This document shows, one piece after another, positions 38,216 to 50,659 of a stretch of DNA of 64,000 bases. Position numbers and translations under genes: made by a program. Source of the stretch: Camelus dromedarius (taxonomy: Eukaryota); assembly GCF_036321535.1 (NCBI RefSeq), contig NC_087437.1, positions 92,506,001 to 92,570,000 on the forward strand. The letters are read 5' to 3'. Every line of letters starts with the position of its first letter. Position 1 is the first letter of the stretch. The notes under the pieces are model-generated. The model did no database searches. It was not told where the DNA came from and saw nothing but the letters and a program-made list of their open reading frames with translations.

Positions 38216-39777
38216 CCAAATAAAACATTCCTGTATTAGTAAAGTTTGTTTTGGAGACTTTATCTTACCTACATAGTCCAAACTTTCAGAAAGGAACTTA
38301 CCTACAATTAGAAGATCTGGAATACCAATGAATTCTCCAAAACATCTACATCACTCGGCAAGTGTATTTAGTCACAGAAATTATTTACATAAACAAAATC
38401 TTATGAAACCCTACTATTAAAAATGATTTTTAAAAATGACTTGATTAGTATAAATTTATCCCATAAATTCAAATTTAAATATTTATATGTATATTTAGTG
38501 TAATTTAATCAATGAGAACCATAAGGCTATTTTAGTGAACATAAATATTTGGAATTGGAGCCTATGGATGACAGTGATAGTAATAAAACCTTGAAATGAC
38601 TTTGAATGCAAGGTTGAATTTTGCTTCCATTGCACAGAATCTAGGAAATGTGATAATCAGGTGGAACTGCTAATTGTTCTTACTACTTTTTTAATAATTG
38701 AACAACAGTGTTCACTAAGGTAAGGTTGGCAAGAGACAATTTTCAGTGCAGATAAAAACAATGTATCAGTGGTTTCTAAATCATAAATATTTGAGAGTTC
38801 ATGTTAATTATATTATAATTTTAATAACAGAAGTATATATATATATATATATTTCATATATATATGAAAACCAGATTAAAAATATGCAGAATCCCTGAAG
38901 CACACAGCTCCAGAGAAAACAGTTTTAAAATTATTATTTTCAATTATAATAGGAGTTCCATTGCAATAGTTTTCTAACATGCAGGTGCTATAAATGCTTG
39001 AATACTCCTGAATAGCAATTTACATTCTGGAGGAAATTGATAAAATGAGTGGTCAATAAATTTCCCAGCTTCTGTTAGGCTGCACTAGATCATTTAAGTA
39101 TTGTTTTTAATTCAGCAACCAAGAAAGCAAAGACAGAGAGAGTGGGGGGGATGGACATTATGTTTATACTTAAACCACCTAAAATTTAAATCTGATATTC
39201 TTAGACATCTATAATTATTCTCTTTCCATTTTATACAAAAAATAGCAAAAAAAATAAGATACATTTTTTTCTCTGATATTTCTATAGATTTAAAGAACAC
39301 TGCTGTAGTGCTTTTTTCTCCTTATATTGTTTCAAGGAAGATCAGTTGTTTTTCTTTTTAATTATCATTTTCTACATTTGGAGAATTCCTAGCATACGTT
39401 TTCTTTCAATAAATCCCTATTCACTAATAAACAAAGGGTCATAAACTCATCTTTGACTATACAGGATATGAATATCAACAGCTATTTCTTAACTGCACAC
39501 TTTATTAAGGAATGAATAGAGAAATAAAATAAAGAGATTATAAGCATGTAAATATGTGTTACCTAAGTAACTAGGGGCTGTCTGTTTCTTTGCTTTCAAC
39601 TTCACAGGGCAAGATCAGTGCACTTTTTAGAGGTTTGCCCAGAGGGTATGAGTGTGTGGGAGGGAGGGCATTCTTAACACAATTATCTACTGAAACAAAA
39701 TTTAGACAGTAATGGAGGTCACAGCAGACAGGTGAATTTCTATGAGCCCCCATTTATCCAGTCAATTGCAAGGGTGC

Positions 39778-39850
39778 TTTTTTTTTCTCTTTTTCTCTGT
39801 CTCTCTTTCTGTCTCTCACACACACACACACTCACACACACACACACTCT
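39778..39850. repeat. Compound (CT)n/(CA)n tract
   Basis: Direct reading. Confidence 0.9.
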
Positions 39851-39952
39851 TTCCCACCAAATTTACCTTCATGATTTTATTCAACTTACTTCCTGACATG
39901 TTTCAAAGCAGAGCTTCTCAACAGACTTCAAGTGTGCTGAACTGTTAATCTC

Positions 39953-39973
39953 TTCAGCACTGAGGACAGAGGC
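39953..39973 (+). promoter_or_regulatory. Candidate REST/NRSF binding site (RE1/NRSE)
   Basis: TTCAGCACTGAGGACAGAGGC versus consensus TTCAGCACCACGGACAGCGCC; both cores (TTCAGCAC and GGACAG) are intact at canonical spacing. Confidence 0.5.
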
Positions 39974-40599
39974 AGGGCCTGGGGCAACCTCAGCAAAAGA
40001 AGCTTTTCCCAGCCCCATGCTCCCCTGTACCACAGTGAAACATGCAAACATTTCCATTCTCCATTTCAGTGTTAACTTGAGAAAACTTGGGAAACATTGG
40101 AGAACATCAGGTTAATTGTGAGACCTATGCATTTGTTTCAGTATTTAGTTCTCTCTTTTACCTTAAATTGTGCACATTACACCAGAAACAGGGAAGTTAA
40201 TACACATGAGAAGTAATTATATGCATATATCCTTAATACTGATTACTGCATAAGTGATAAAAATCAAATTCTCAAAGGATTCATTTTTCGAACTTTTTCT
40301 GGAGATTAACCTGAATGCTCATTTTCTGGCATGCAAAGATTAAATATTAACTATTTGATTATTTTCATGATTTTCTTACTAAGGAGAGTATAGCATTGTA
40401 GAAGTTTTAGAAACAGACAAGTGGAGTAAAAATATCCATCAATTCATTTCTTTACCACATTTTTATTTCACCTACTGGTAATACACTTTTTATTTGAATA
40501 TACATATTTTCCTAAAATTTCAACCACTGTATACATACAAATCTGTATAGTGCTTTTGCCAAAGCAACACTGCTTCCTAAAAATTTTGTTTCTAGGCAT

Positions 40600-40900
40600 C
40601 TGTTTTGCTTAACTGGCCCTTTTAATGACTCCACAATAATACATAAGTTGATATACCATGGTTTTATTAGTCACTGAACAAATATTTCTAAATCAATGTA
40701 TGTGTACTTAGTTTCAATTTTCCCAGCAGATAACACCAACATAAGTATTCGGATCCGTGTAGACAGCTTTGCATAGGTACCAAAATGAATGAACATATAG
40801 ATGGTTCTTGATAGCTTTTCAAAACACTTCCCAAGAGTTGTGCTAGATTTCACTGCCACCAGTGACGTATGAGCGTAACATTTTAATGGCACTCACATCA
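40600..40900 (-). mobile_element. Ancient L1ME fragment
   Basis: ATACCATGGTTTTATTAGTCAC...TTCCCAAGAGTTGTGCTAGATTTCACTGCCACCAGTGACGTATGAG. Confidence 0.55.
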
Positions 40901-42174
40901 TCAGCGAGTCTTTGCTGTAAACTCTTAAATCATGTTTGGTTTTAAGAAAACAGGTAGTAAATAGAAATCTAATTCTTCCTCTTTTTCTCATATCCTATGC
41001 TGAGTTTTGGCATCAGCCTTGCTCTCTGACCCTTCATCATAACAGAAGCAGCAAGAATGAACTGGTCTTCTGTGCCAACTCTTTTATTTCCTTATGATCA
41101 AATTATTTCCCCCTTTTTGACTTGTCTGAGAAGCCAGACTAATGTCAGCTGGACCTTGGGGACTGCTGAGCAGCAGCGGGAAGACACTAGGAAAGCCCAG
41201 GTAGCAAGCACAGAGATGCCTGACTTTGCAATGGTAAGTTTCTTCTCCTCCAGGATTTGTCAATTTTGATTTTGCAACTCAGTCAGCAATGCCATGTGCT
41301 GTTTGCCTCCTGTCTGAGTTACAAAATAAAGAGTCATTTTCTCTTCCAAGATGACAAGTGTGAAAAAATAAAAATGAAAACCTCTATCTCTCCATATCTA
41401 TTACATTTTCTACCTGGGTGACATCAACTTTTGAGACATGTGAACCATAGAAACTCTGAACAAAAGGAGATATTGTAGTGGCTAAGCATGTTACAGCAAC
41501 TTCTTCTGCATAAACAGAACTCTCCTCCAACACTATTAGTCATCATCATTATTATTATATGATGATGGTGGGTAATAAGGAGATAAAATATAGGGAATAA
41601 GGACAAATGTTCTTATGACTCATCAATTAATACTAAAATCTGAAATTCTAAAAAATAATGTAACTAGTCAAAATAGGAAAATATGTTATCATTGATCACT
41701 CACAGACTGATAAAAGTTTTAATACAAATCTCTCAACATTTTCCTCTGGGTTTGCTTGCTCATATATTATTTATGTTCTAATTTTTTAAGATTCTGTTCC
41801 TCTTTGTTTTAATTATTGTTATTTTCATAGTTTTTAATTGTTAGTACCATAAATCATATATGTATACATTGTTGAAGTAGTCACAAATGCAGAAAAGCCC
41901 TAACAAAATAAGAGAAAAGTCAACTATAATTTCACTGTTTAGAAATAAACATCATTAGACATATAGGTATAATCCTTTTTATAAATATATATAGAAAGCA
42001 CATATGTGACAAACTTGGATCAGATCAAACTAAACATTAAAAGCTTTATTTTTCCCTTGAAACAAATAGTAAATATTTCCCTTGTCATCATGTTTCTCTA
42101 TTATCTAATTATTCATTGCTGTTCCATTATATTATATTAAAAAGAGAGAAAGATGAGACTAAAGAGAGTAGAGT

Positions 42175-42275
42175 GACTGAGCATTTAATTTTGGAGTCAG
42201 ACAGATCGAGATGAGAATCTGGTGTCTGCTACTTTAGAGCTGTGTGATCGTCAATCCTCTGAGTCTCAGCTTCAG
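42175..42275 (+). mobile_element. MIR 5' fragment
   Basis: TTTGGAGTCAGACAGATC...AATCTGGTGTCTGCTACTT..AGCTGTGTGA...CTCTGAGTCTCAG. Confidence 0.75.
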
Positions 42276-42279
42276 ACCA

Positions 42280-43345
42280 GAGGTTTGGATATCTCTTCAA
42301 GCTGACTGATATTTTTTTCAGCCATTTCCAGTCTACTAACAAGCCCACCAAAAGCATATTTCATTTCTGTTATAGTGTTTTTGATTTTTAGAATTTCCGT
42401 CTCTCTGCTTACATAAACCTTCTGTTCTTGAATGCTGGCTACTCTTTTCATTGGAGCCCTAGTGTACTGATCACAGTTATTTTAAATTCCCAGTTTCATA
42501 TTTCCAACATGTGTGCCACATCTAATCCTGCCTCTGGATGCTTGCTTTTCTCTTCAGACTGTGTTTTTTGCCTTTTAGTGTGCTTTGTAAGTTTTGTTGA
42601 AAGCTGGATGTGATGTACTGGGTAAAAGACACTGCGGTAAATAGACCTATGGTGATGTGGTGGTGAAATGCAGGGGGCAGGGGACAGGAAGTATCCTGCA
42701 GCTCTAAGACTAGCCTCAGCCTTCTAGTGAGCCTGTGCTCCCAGGGCTGTGACCTTCCCAAATGCATCTCTGCTTGTCCTCCCTTAGATGGGACAGAATG
42801 GCTAGAGGAGGCAGGAGTTGGTGATTTCCTCTCTCCGAAGTTAGTTAGGCTCTGATAAAATCCCCATAGGTTAGGCTTTAGTAATGTAGTTCTCTTGAGG
42901 ATAGGTCCTGTTAAGAAAAACAGAATGTTTTGCATATATTTCAAAATGGTTTTTTTTCCCTCTCCTCTTAACAGAAGCACAGAGATTTTTCTCCAATCTT
43001 CACTGTAAAAAACTGACAGGGTTCCTAGAGATAGAGCTCACAAAAGTGTGAGGGTTACTTTTAAGACTGGGTCCTCCTATAGTTCTTAAATCTCATGTTT
43101 GTTCATATTGAGCCTCAAGAAGTTGGTCAATCACAGTTCAGGTTTTCCTACCCTGGCACTGGTTCTCATCGAAGTTTCTTCTCTAAATTGTGAGTCTCTG
43201 TATCTGCCTATCTGCTACTCCAATCCTGGGGCTCTGTGATCTCAATCCTGGGATGGGTGTACGAAGATATTAATTTTCTGTTTGTTCAGTGTTTTACTTA
43301 TTGTTAGAATAAAATAACTTCCTAGCTCCTTACATGCTGAATCCA
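42280..43345 (-). mobile_element. Old L1 (L1M4-type) 5'UTR/ORF1 N-terminal region
   Basis: CTTCAAGCTGACTGAT...CCAGTCTACTAACAAGCCCACCAAAAGCAT..TCATTTCTGTTATAGTGTTTTTGATT and TTGTTGAAAGCTGGATGTGATGTACTGGGTAAAAG. Confidence 0.75.
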
Positions 43346-43679
43346 GAAAAGAGCAGACACAAAGATGAGGGTATAAACATTAAAGAAAGAATCCAGGAGA
43401 AGTGTCTAGTCAATGTCTGGCAATATGTTAATCTTAGAAAATATAAGATATTATTAAATAATTGCTGCATTTCTTGTCTATGTATTAAATATTTTTAATA
43501 ATAATAAAATCTAAGAGGTTAAATTGCTGTGTATACATCATAAAGCTATTTATTGTTAAAATACCTCCATGAAAGGTTCCAAAAATTTAGACTTTTCATT
43601 AACTTAGTTATTATCATTTATTTAAGTTATACAACCAATAAACTATATTTCAACTATGACAATAAAGAGTTAATTTCAG

Positions 43680-44430
43680 CCCCAGGACCCCTGGTTCTCA
43701 GCTCTACCCACTAGTGGGTCAATACCAGCTCTGAGAGCCCCAGGCCCTGTAGCCTGAGACCCCAGGGCACAGCTTTATCCCAGGCAATAGCCCTGGGTTG
43801 GTGGTCCCCAGCTCACCAATCAACAGGCAGACATCAGACCCAGACCTCCAGCCCTGCAGCCACCCATGTCAGGAACCAGTCCACACACCAGTAGGATTGC
43901 AGTAGCCATGGGACCACCTAGGCCCCAGCCCTTCCCGCCAGCAGGACAACTCCAGCTCTAAGACACCTTGGGTCCCTCGTCTAGCTACCCTGTGACCCAG
44001 CCCCACCTACCAGCAGGCTGACACTACCTTCAGGACACCTCAGACACTGCAGCCAGCGGTGTCAGGAACTGGTTCCACCCACCAGTGGGCTGACACCAAC
44101 TCTAGGACTCCCAGAGCCCTGCAGACAGAGATTCCAGGATTTGGCTCCACCAACTAGCAAACTGACACCAGCCCTGGGACCCTGGCTCTGCCCACTAGCA
44201 AGCAAAAGCCACAAGCTCTGTGATACCCCAGACACTGCAGGAAGCAGCCCTGCCAAACAGCAGGCCAACACTAGATCCCAGACCCCTGGTGCCACAATAT
44301 CCACCCCAGGATCAGGCTCCACCTGAAAGTGGGACAGCACTAGCCCTGGGATAAGCTGGAGCTCTTCAGACAGCTGCCTCACAACCTGGACCATCACACC
44401 TGTGGCCAGCAGGCTCCACACAAGGCAGGG
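43680..44430 (+). repeat. Degenerate tandem monomers (about 40-70 bp) in the L1 5'UTR
   Basis: Recurrent CCACC(A)CCAGYRGGCTGACACCAGC(T)CTGGGAC...CCCTGCAGCC units. Confidence 0.7.
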
Positions 44431-44677
44431 CCTGGCAACCAACTGGACTCAGGGTCAGCCACATCTGTGATAAAACCCACTGTAGTCAGCCTATCACAAC
44501 AGAAGGACTCATGCAGCCCACATAAGGAGTACTTGTAGAACACATAGCACTGGTAACCAGAGGGGAGTGCACAGCTGGGATTCACAGAAGGTGTCCTATA
44601 AAATACCACTTCTTCAAGGTGAGGAAATGTAGCCAACCTACCATATACCTAGAAATAAAAACAGCAAATTAGGCAAA

Positions 44678-45558
44678 ATGAGGCAACAAAGGAATATGTT
44701 CCAAAGGAAGAAACAAGATAAAGCCCCAGAAGAATAATTGAGTAGAGATAAGCAATCTATTGGATAAAGAGTTCAAGGTAATGTTTGCAAAAATGTTACA
44801 AGAACTCAAGAGAAGATAGGATGAACAGACTGAGGAGTTAGAAGTTTTTAACAAAGAGTTAGAAGAGGTAAAGAAGAACCAAACAGAAATGAAGAATAAA
44901 ATAACTGAAATAATACACTAGAAGGAATCGACACTAGATTAGATAATACAGAGGAATAAATCAGTGAGCTGGAAGATAGAGTAGTAGAAATTGCTTAAGC
45001 TGAACAGAAAAAAAGAAGAAAAAGAAATGAGGACAGTTTAAGAGATCTCTGAGACAGTAACAAGAGTATTAACATTCACATCACAGTGGTCCAAGAAGAA
45101 GAGAGAGAGAAAGGGACAGAACAAATTTGAAAACATAGTAGCTGAAAACTTTCCTAACCTGGGAAAGGAAACAGACATCCAGGCCCAGGAAGCACAAAAA
45201 AGTTCCCAAAAGAATTAACCCTAAAAGAACCACACCAAGACACACTGTAATTAAAATGGCAAAGATTAAAGATAAAGAAAATATCAAAATCAGCAAGAGA
45301 AAAGTAACAGGTTATATACAAGAGAACTCCCACAAGGTTAATCAGCTGTTTTTTTCAGCAGAAATTCTGCAGGCCAGAAGGGAGTAGCGTGATATATTTA
45401 AAGCGATGAAGAGAAAAATCTAAATTAAGACTACTCTACCCAGCAAATCTCTCATTCAGATTTGATAGAGTGGTCAAAAGTTTTATAGACAAGCAAAAGC
45501 TAAAAAATTCACTACCATCAAACTAGCTTTATGAGAAATGTTGAACAGACTTCTCAAC
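44678..45558 (+). pseudogene. L1 ORF1p remnant
   Basis: ATG AGG CAA CAA AGG AAT ATG TTC CAA (MRQQRNMFQ); AENFPNLGKETDIQ motif at ~45140; stops and frameshifts. Confidence 0.85.
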
Positions 45559-46037
45559 TGAAAAAGAAAAGGCCACAACTAGAAACATAAAAATTATGAG
45601 AGGAAAAGACTCATTAATAAAGGCAAATATACAGTAAAGGTACTAAATCAACCTTATAATATATAAAGCTAATAGGAAGATTAAAAGACAAAAGTAGTAA
45701 AATCATCAATATCTACAATGAGTAAAGGGTTATACAAAACAAAAATATGTAAAATATGATATTGAAAACAATAAACATGAGGGGAGTAGGGTAAAAATAC
45801 AGGGTTGTTAAAATGCATTTGAACTTAAGCAATCAGCAACTTAAAATACTCACAGATAGATGGCTATATATAAACCTCATGGTAGCCACAAACCAAAACT
45901 CTATAACTGATGTACATACAAGAAAAATAAAGGAATCCAAATATAACACTAAAGAGAGCCAGCAAATCACAAGGGAAGAGAGCAGCAGAAGAAAGAAACA
46001 AAGTAACTACAAAAATAACTAGAAAACAATTAACAAA

Positions 46038-49000
46038 ATGCCAATAAATTCATACCTATCAATAATTACTTTAAATGTAAGTGGATTAAATGCTTCAATC
46101 AAAAGACATGGAGTGGCTGAATAAATACAAAAACAAGACCCATATATATGCTCCTTACAAGAGACTGAAATCAGATCTAAATACACATATAGACTAAAAG
46201 TGAGGGAATGGGAAAAAGTGTTCTGGGCAAATGGAAATGAAAAGAAATTTGGAGTAGCAATATTTATATCAGACAAAACAGACTTTAAAACAAAGACTGT
46301 ACCAAGAAATAAAAAAGGACATTACACAGTGATTACGGGATCAATCCAAGAAGTAAATATAAAAATTGTAAATGTATATAGACTCAATATAGGAGTACCT
46401 AAATAAGTAAAGCAAATACTAACAGACATAAAGAAAGAAATTGACAGCAACACAGTAATAGTAGAGGATATTAATATCCCACTTACATCAATGGACAGAT
46501 CAATGAGACAAAAAATCATTAAGGAAACACTGGCCTTAAATGACACATTAGACAAAGTGGACTTAACAGATACATATAGACCATTCTATCCAAAAGCAGA
46601 GGAATAAATATAGTTTTTAAGAACATATGTAACATTCTCCAGGATAAATCATATGCTAGCCACAAAACAAGTCTTAGTAAGTTTAAGAAAACTGAAATCA
46701 TAAAGATCTTTTTCAAGCACAATGCTATGAGGCTAGAAATCAACTACAAGAAGAAAACTGAAAATATACAAACATACGGATGCTGAACAATATGCTACTA
46801 AGCAACCAACGGATTGCTGAAGAAATTAAAGAAGAAACCTGGAGACAAGTAAAAAGGAAAACACAACAACCCAAAATCTATGAAATGCAAAAAAATGCAT
46901 TTCTAAGAGGGAAGTTTACTGTGATACAAGATACAAACCTACCCTAGGAAACAAGAAGAATCTAAAATAAAACAAAACAAAACAAACTAATCTTGTGCTT
47001 AAAGGGAATGGAAAAAGGACAAATACAACCCAAAGTTAACAGAAGAAATCATGAAGCTCAGAGCAGAAATAAATGAAAGAGATTAAAGAAAATAGAAAAG
47101 ATCAATGACAATAATAGCTGGTTCTTTGAATGGATAAAATTGATAAACCTTTGGCCAGATTCATCAAGAAAAAAAGAGGGCTCAAATAATGAAATCAGAA
47201 ATGAAAATGGAGAGGTTGCAATGGACATCCAAAAATACAAATAACCAGAAGAGATTACTATGAGCAATTATATACCAACAAAATGGACAGCCTAGAATAA
47301 ATGGACAAATTCTTATTTAGAAAGGTATAATCTTCTAAGACTGAACCAGGAAGAAGTAGAGAGTATAAACGAACCAAGTTCCAGTACTGAAATTGAACCA
47401 GTGATTAAAAACAAAAAAAACTCCCAACAAACGAAAGTCCAGACCAGAAGGCTTCACAAGTTAATTCTACCAAATATTTAGAAAATAGTTAACATCTATC
47501 TTTCTCAAACTATTTCAAAAAAAAATCACAGAGGAAAGAATGCTTCTGAACTCATTCTTCAATGCCAGAATTACCTGATACCAAAACCACACAAAGATTT
47601 CACAAAAAAAGAAATTTACAGACCAAGATCACTGATGAACATGGATGCAAAAATCCTCCACAAAATATTAGCAAACAGAATTAAATGATTCATTAAAAAT
47701 ATCACACACCATGATCAAGTGAGATTGACTGTAGAGATGCAGGGATTGTTCAATAGCCACTAATCAATCAACATAATGCATCACATTAACAAACTGAAGA
47801 ATAAAAATTATATGATTATCTTCATAGATACAGAAAAGGCTTTTGACAAAATCCATTTATTGTAAAAACTCTCAAAAAAGTAGGTATAAAGGGAATATAT
47901 CTCAACATATTAAAACTGACACATGACAAAACGCACCGCTAATATCACATTCGATGATTAAAAGTGAAAGCATTTCCTCTGAAATCCAGAACAAGACAAA
48001 ATACCCACTCAAGTAACTTTTATTCAACATAATCTTCAAAGTCCAAGCTGCATAAATCAAAAAATCAAGAAGATGAAATAAAAGGAATCCAAATTGGAAA
48101 GAAAAAAAAACAAAATTGTCACTGTTTGGAGATAACATGATACTATACATAGAAAATTCTAAAGACTCCACCAAAAAACTACTAGAGCTCATCAACAAAT
48201 TTGGTAAAGTTGCAGGATACAAACTTAACACACAGAAATCTATTTCATTTCTATACACTAACAACTAACTTCAGAAAGAGAAATTAAGAAAACAATCTCA
48301 TTTACAATTGCATCAAAAAACATAAGACACCTAGAAATAAATCCCAGGAGGTAAAAGACCTGCAACTGAAAAACTTTAAGACACTCTGAAAGAAACTGAA
48401 GACAACACAAAAAGATAGAATGATATACCATGTTCATGGACTAGAAGAATTAATATTGTTAAAATGATCATACTACTCAAGGCAATCTTCAGATTCAATG
48501 TAATCCCTATCAAAATATCAATGACGTTTTTCACAGAACTAGAACAATATTCTAAAATTTGCATGGAAATCCAAAAGATCCTGAATAGTCCCAACTATCT
48601 TGAGAAAGAACAAAGCTGGAGGTATCATGTGCTCTGATTTCAAACTATACTACAAAGCTACAGTAATTAAAACAGTATAGTACTGGCAGAAAAACAGATA
48701 CATAGATCAACAGAACAGGATAGAGAGCACAGAAATGAACCCATAGAAATGAATGCCCATAGTTATATGGGCAAATAATCTACCACAGCAGGGGCAAGAG
48801 TATTCAATGGGGAAAAGGTAACCTCTTCAATAAATGGTATTGGCAAAACTAGACAGCTATATTCAAAAAAATCAAACTGGACTACTCTCCCACTCCATGA
48901 ACAAAAATAAATTTAAAATGGATTAAAGACTTACATGTAAGACCTGAAACCATAACATTTTTAAAAGAAAACACATGTAGTAACTTTTTTTGACATCATG

Positions 49001-49275
49001 GTCTTTTATAGTATTTTTTGGATATGTCTTTTCAGGCAAAAGAAACAAAAGCAGAAATAAACAAATGGGACTACATCAAACTAAAAAGCTTTTGCACAGC
49101 AAAGGAAACCATCAACAAAACGAAAAGGCCATGTATTGAATGGAAGAAAGTATTTGCAAATGATATTTCTGATAAGGGATTAAGACTCAAAATATACAAA
49201 GAACTCATATAACTCAACATCGAAAAAAATCACCCACTTTAAAAATGGGAAGATGATCTAAATAAACATTTTTTC
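46038..49275 (+). pseudogene. L1 ORF2p remnant (APE endonuclease plus reverse transcriptase)
   Basis: Starts [46 protein letters not shown]; the FADD motif has decayed to LSLFGDNMILY (~48116); [19 protein letters not shown]. Confidence 0.93.
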
Positions 49276-50117
49276 ATGGCAAAATGTGATACTTTCCACT
49301 GATATTTTCTATTTTAACTCAGTGTAACTGATCACACCAGAGTGGACAGTTAGTCAAGGCAAAGAAGTCATTCTACCTAAATATAAGACTGATCATGCTT
49401 TTTTAATATTGTTATTTCTAATTAGGCTCACTAAGAGGATATTTCAATCAAAGAGAGACTCAAATCACTCATTAATTCCATTTTATAGTAACGTCAAATG
49501 AGGAAAAAATGGTGAATTTAAAGCTAAAATGAAGTGGATGATTCTGTGAACTTAAGCTGTTTATCTAATCCTCACATTAATGTGATTAATTGGAAAGTCC
49601 TTGTAGTTTATTTCATATAATCATAAAACATCTCATTTTTTATTTGAATTATAGCTAGAAACTAAATGTCACCTGGCCTTACTGAGCTATGACAAAAAAT
49701 AGATTCACCTTGACATTTATTTATTTCCCATTCCAGTGGATCTTAGCTCACCATTATTCTCCCTGAAGCTGTCCCTCTGTTATTTCAGGGAATCTCAAGG
49801 AACCCCTCTCAGTGGCAGTCCCCTTAGGTGTCCACCATCCAACTCCTTTTCCTACTTAAACTTTGCCATGTCGTCTGCCTGTGAAGCAGCTTCTGCCACT
49901 GAACAGATTCCAGTGTCCATACTAAAGCTGGCATTTCTTCATGTCAGCAAAGCCACCAGTCCCCTGGGTGCCAGGACATGACTGGATTCCATGCAACAAT
50001 GGAGAAAATAACTCTCTCTTCACTCCATGCAACACTTTTTCATCGAGACCCCAAAGCAGCTGAGTTTATGCCCACATTACCACAGATCTCATAAAATTAC
50101 TGTAATCAGCCTCACTC

Positions 50118-50584
50118 TGTAGTGGGTTGAATAGTAGACAACAAAAAGAAATGTTCAAATCCTCACCCCTGGATCCCATGAAGGTGATCTTACTTGGAAA
50201 AGTGATTTTTGCAGATGTGATTAGCTTAAAGATCCCGAGATAAAATTATCCTAGATTTAGGATGAACCTGAAATCCAATCACAGATGTTTTTATAAGAGG
50301 AGGAAACAAGAGGGCGATTTGAGATACAAAGATACATGAAAAAAAGCCATGTGGAGACAGAAGCAGAGATAAGACTTTTGTGGCACAAACCAAGGAATGC
50401 CAGGAGCCACCAGAAGCCAGAAGAGGCAGGAAGAGATCTTCCCCTAGAGGCCTCAGAGGGAGGGTTGCCCTACCAAGACTAGACTTTAGACTTGCAGCCT
50501 CCAAAACTATGATAGAATCAATTCGTAGTGTGAAGCCACCAAGTTTGTGATCATTTTCTGTGGCATCCCTAGAAAACTAATACT
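50118..50584 (+). mobile_element. MLT1C-type MaLR solo LTR
   Basis: TGTAGTGGGTTGAATAGT...TTTGCAGATGTGATTA...CCAAGGAATGCCAGGAGCCACCAGAAGC...CCCTAGAAAACTAATAC. Confidence 0.92.
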
Positions 50585-50659
50585 CACCTCTCCTGACAGA
50601 GCACAAACCTAGACAAAGCAACAGGGCAGGGAGAGGACGACATGCTTCCACTCTGCTGT

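Larger units (their letters stand above)
43680..49275 (+). mobile_element. Near full-length LINE-1 (5'UTR, ORF1, spacer, ORF2), inactivated and 3'-truncated
   Basis: GC-rich 5'UTR, then ORF1 and ORF2 homology in the correct order; homology stops at GATGATCTAAATAAACATTTTT with no 3'UTR or poly-A. Confidence 0.95.

Noticed and set aside
38834..38870. Palindrome TTTCATATATATATGAAA
   Set aside because: Trivial consequence of a (TA)n microsatellite
42522..42980. Longest ORF in the window (152 aa)
   Set aside because: Lies within an old L1 5' region and shows no recognisable host-protein homology
43680..44430. CRISPR-like repeat-spacer array
   Set aside because: The units are degenerate, variable in length, lack unique spacers, and belong to a mammalian L1 5'UTR; no cas genes
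44062..44442. 126-aa Val/Gly/Leu-rich ORF on the minus strand
   Set aside because: Antisense reading of the GC-rich L1 5'UTR monomers
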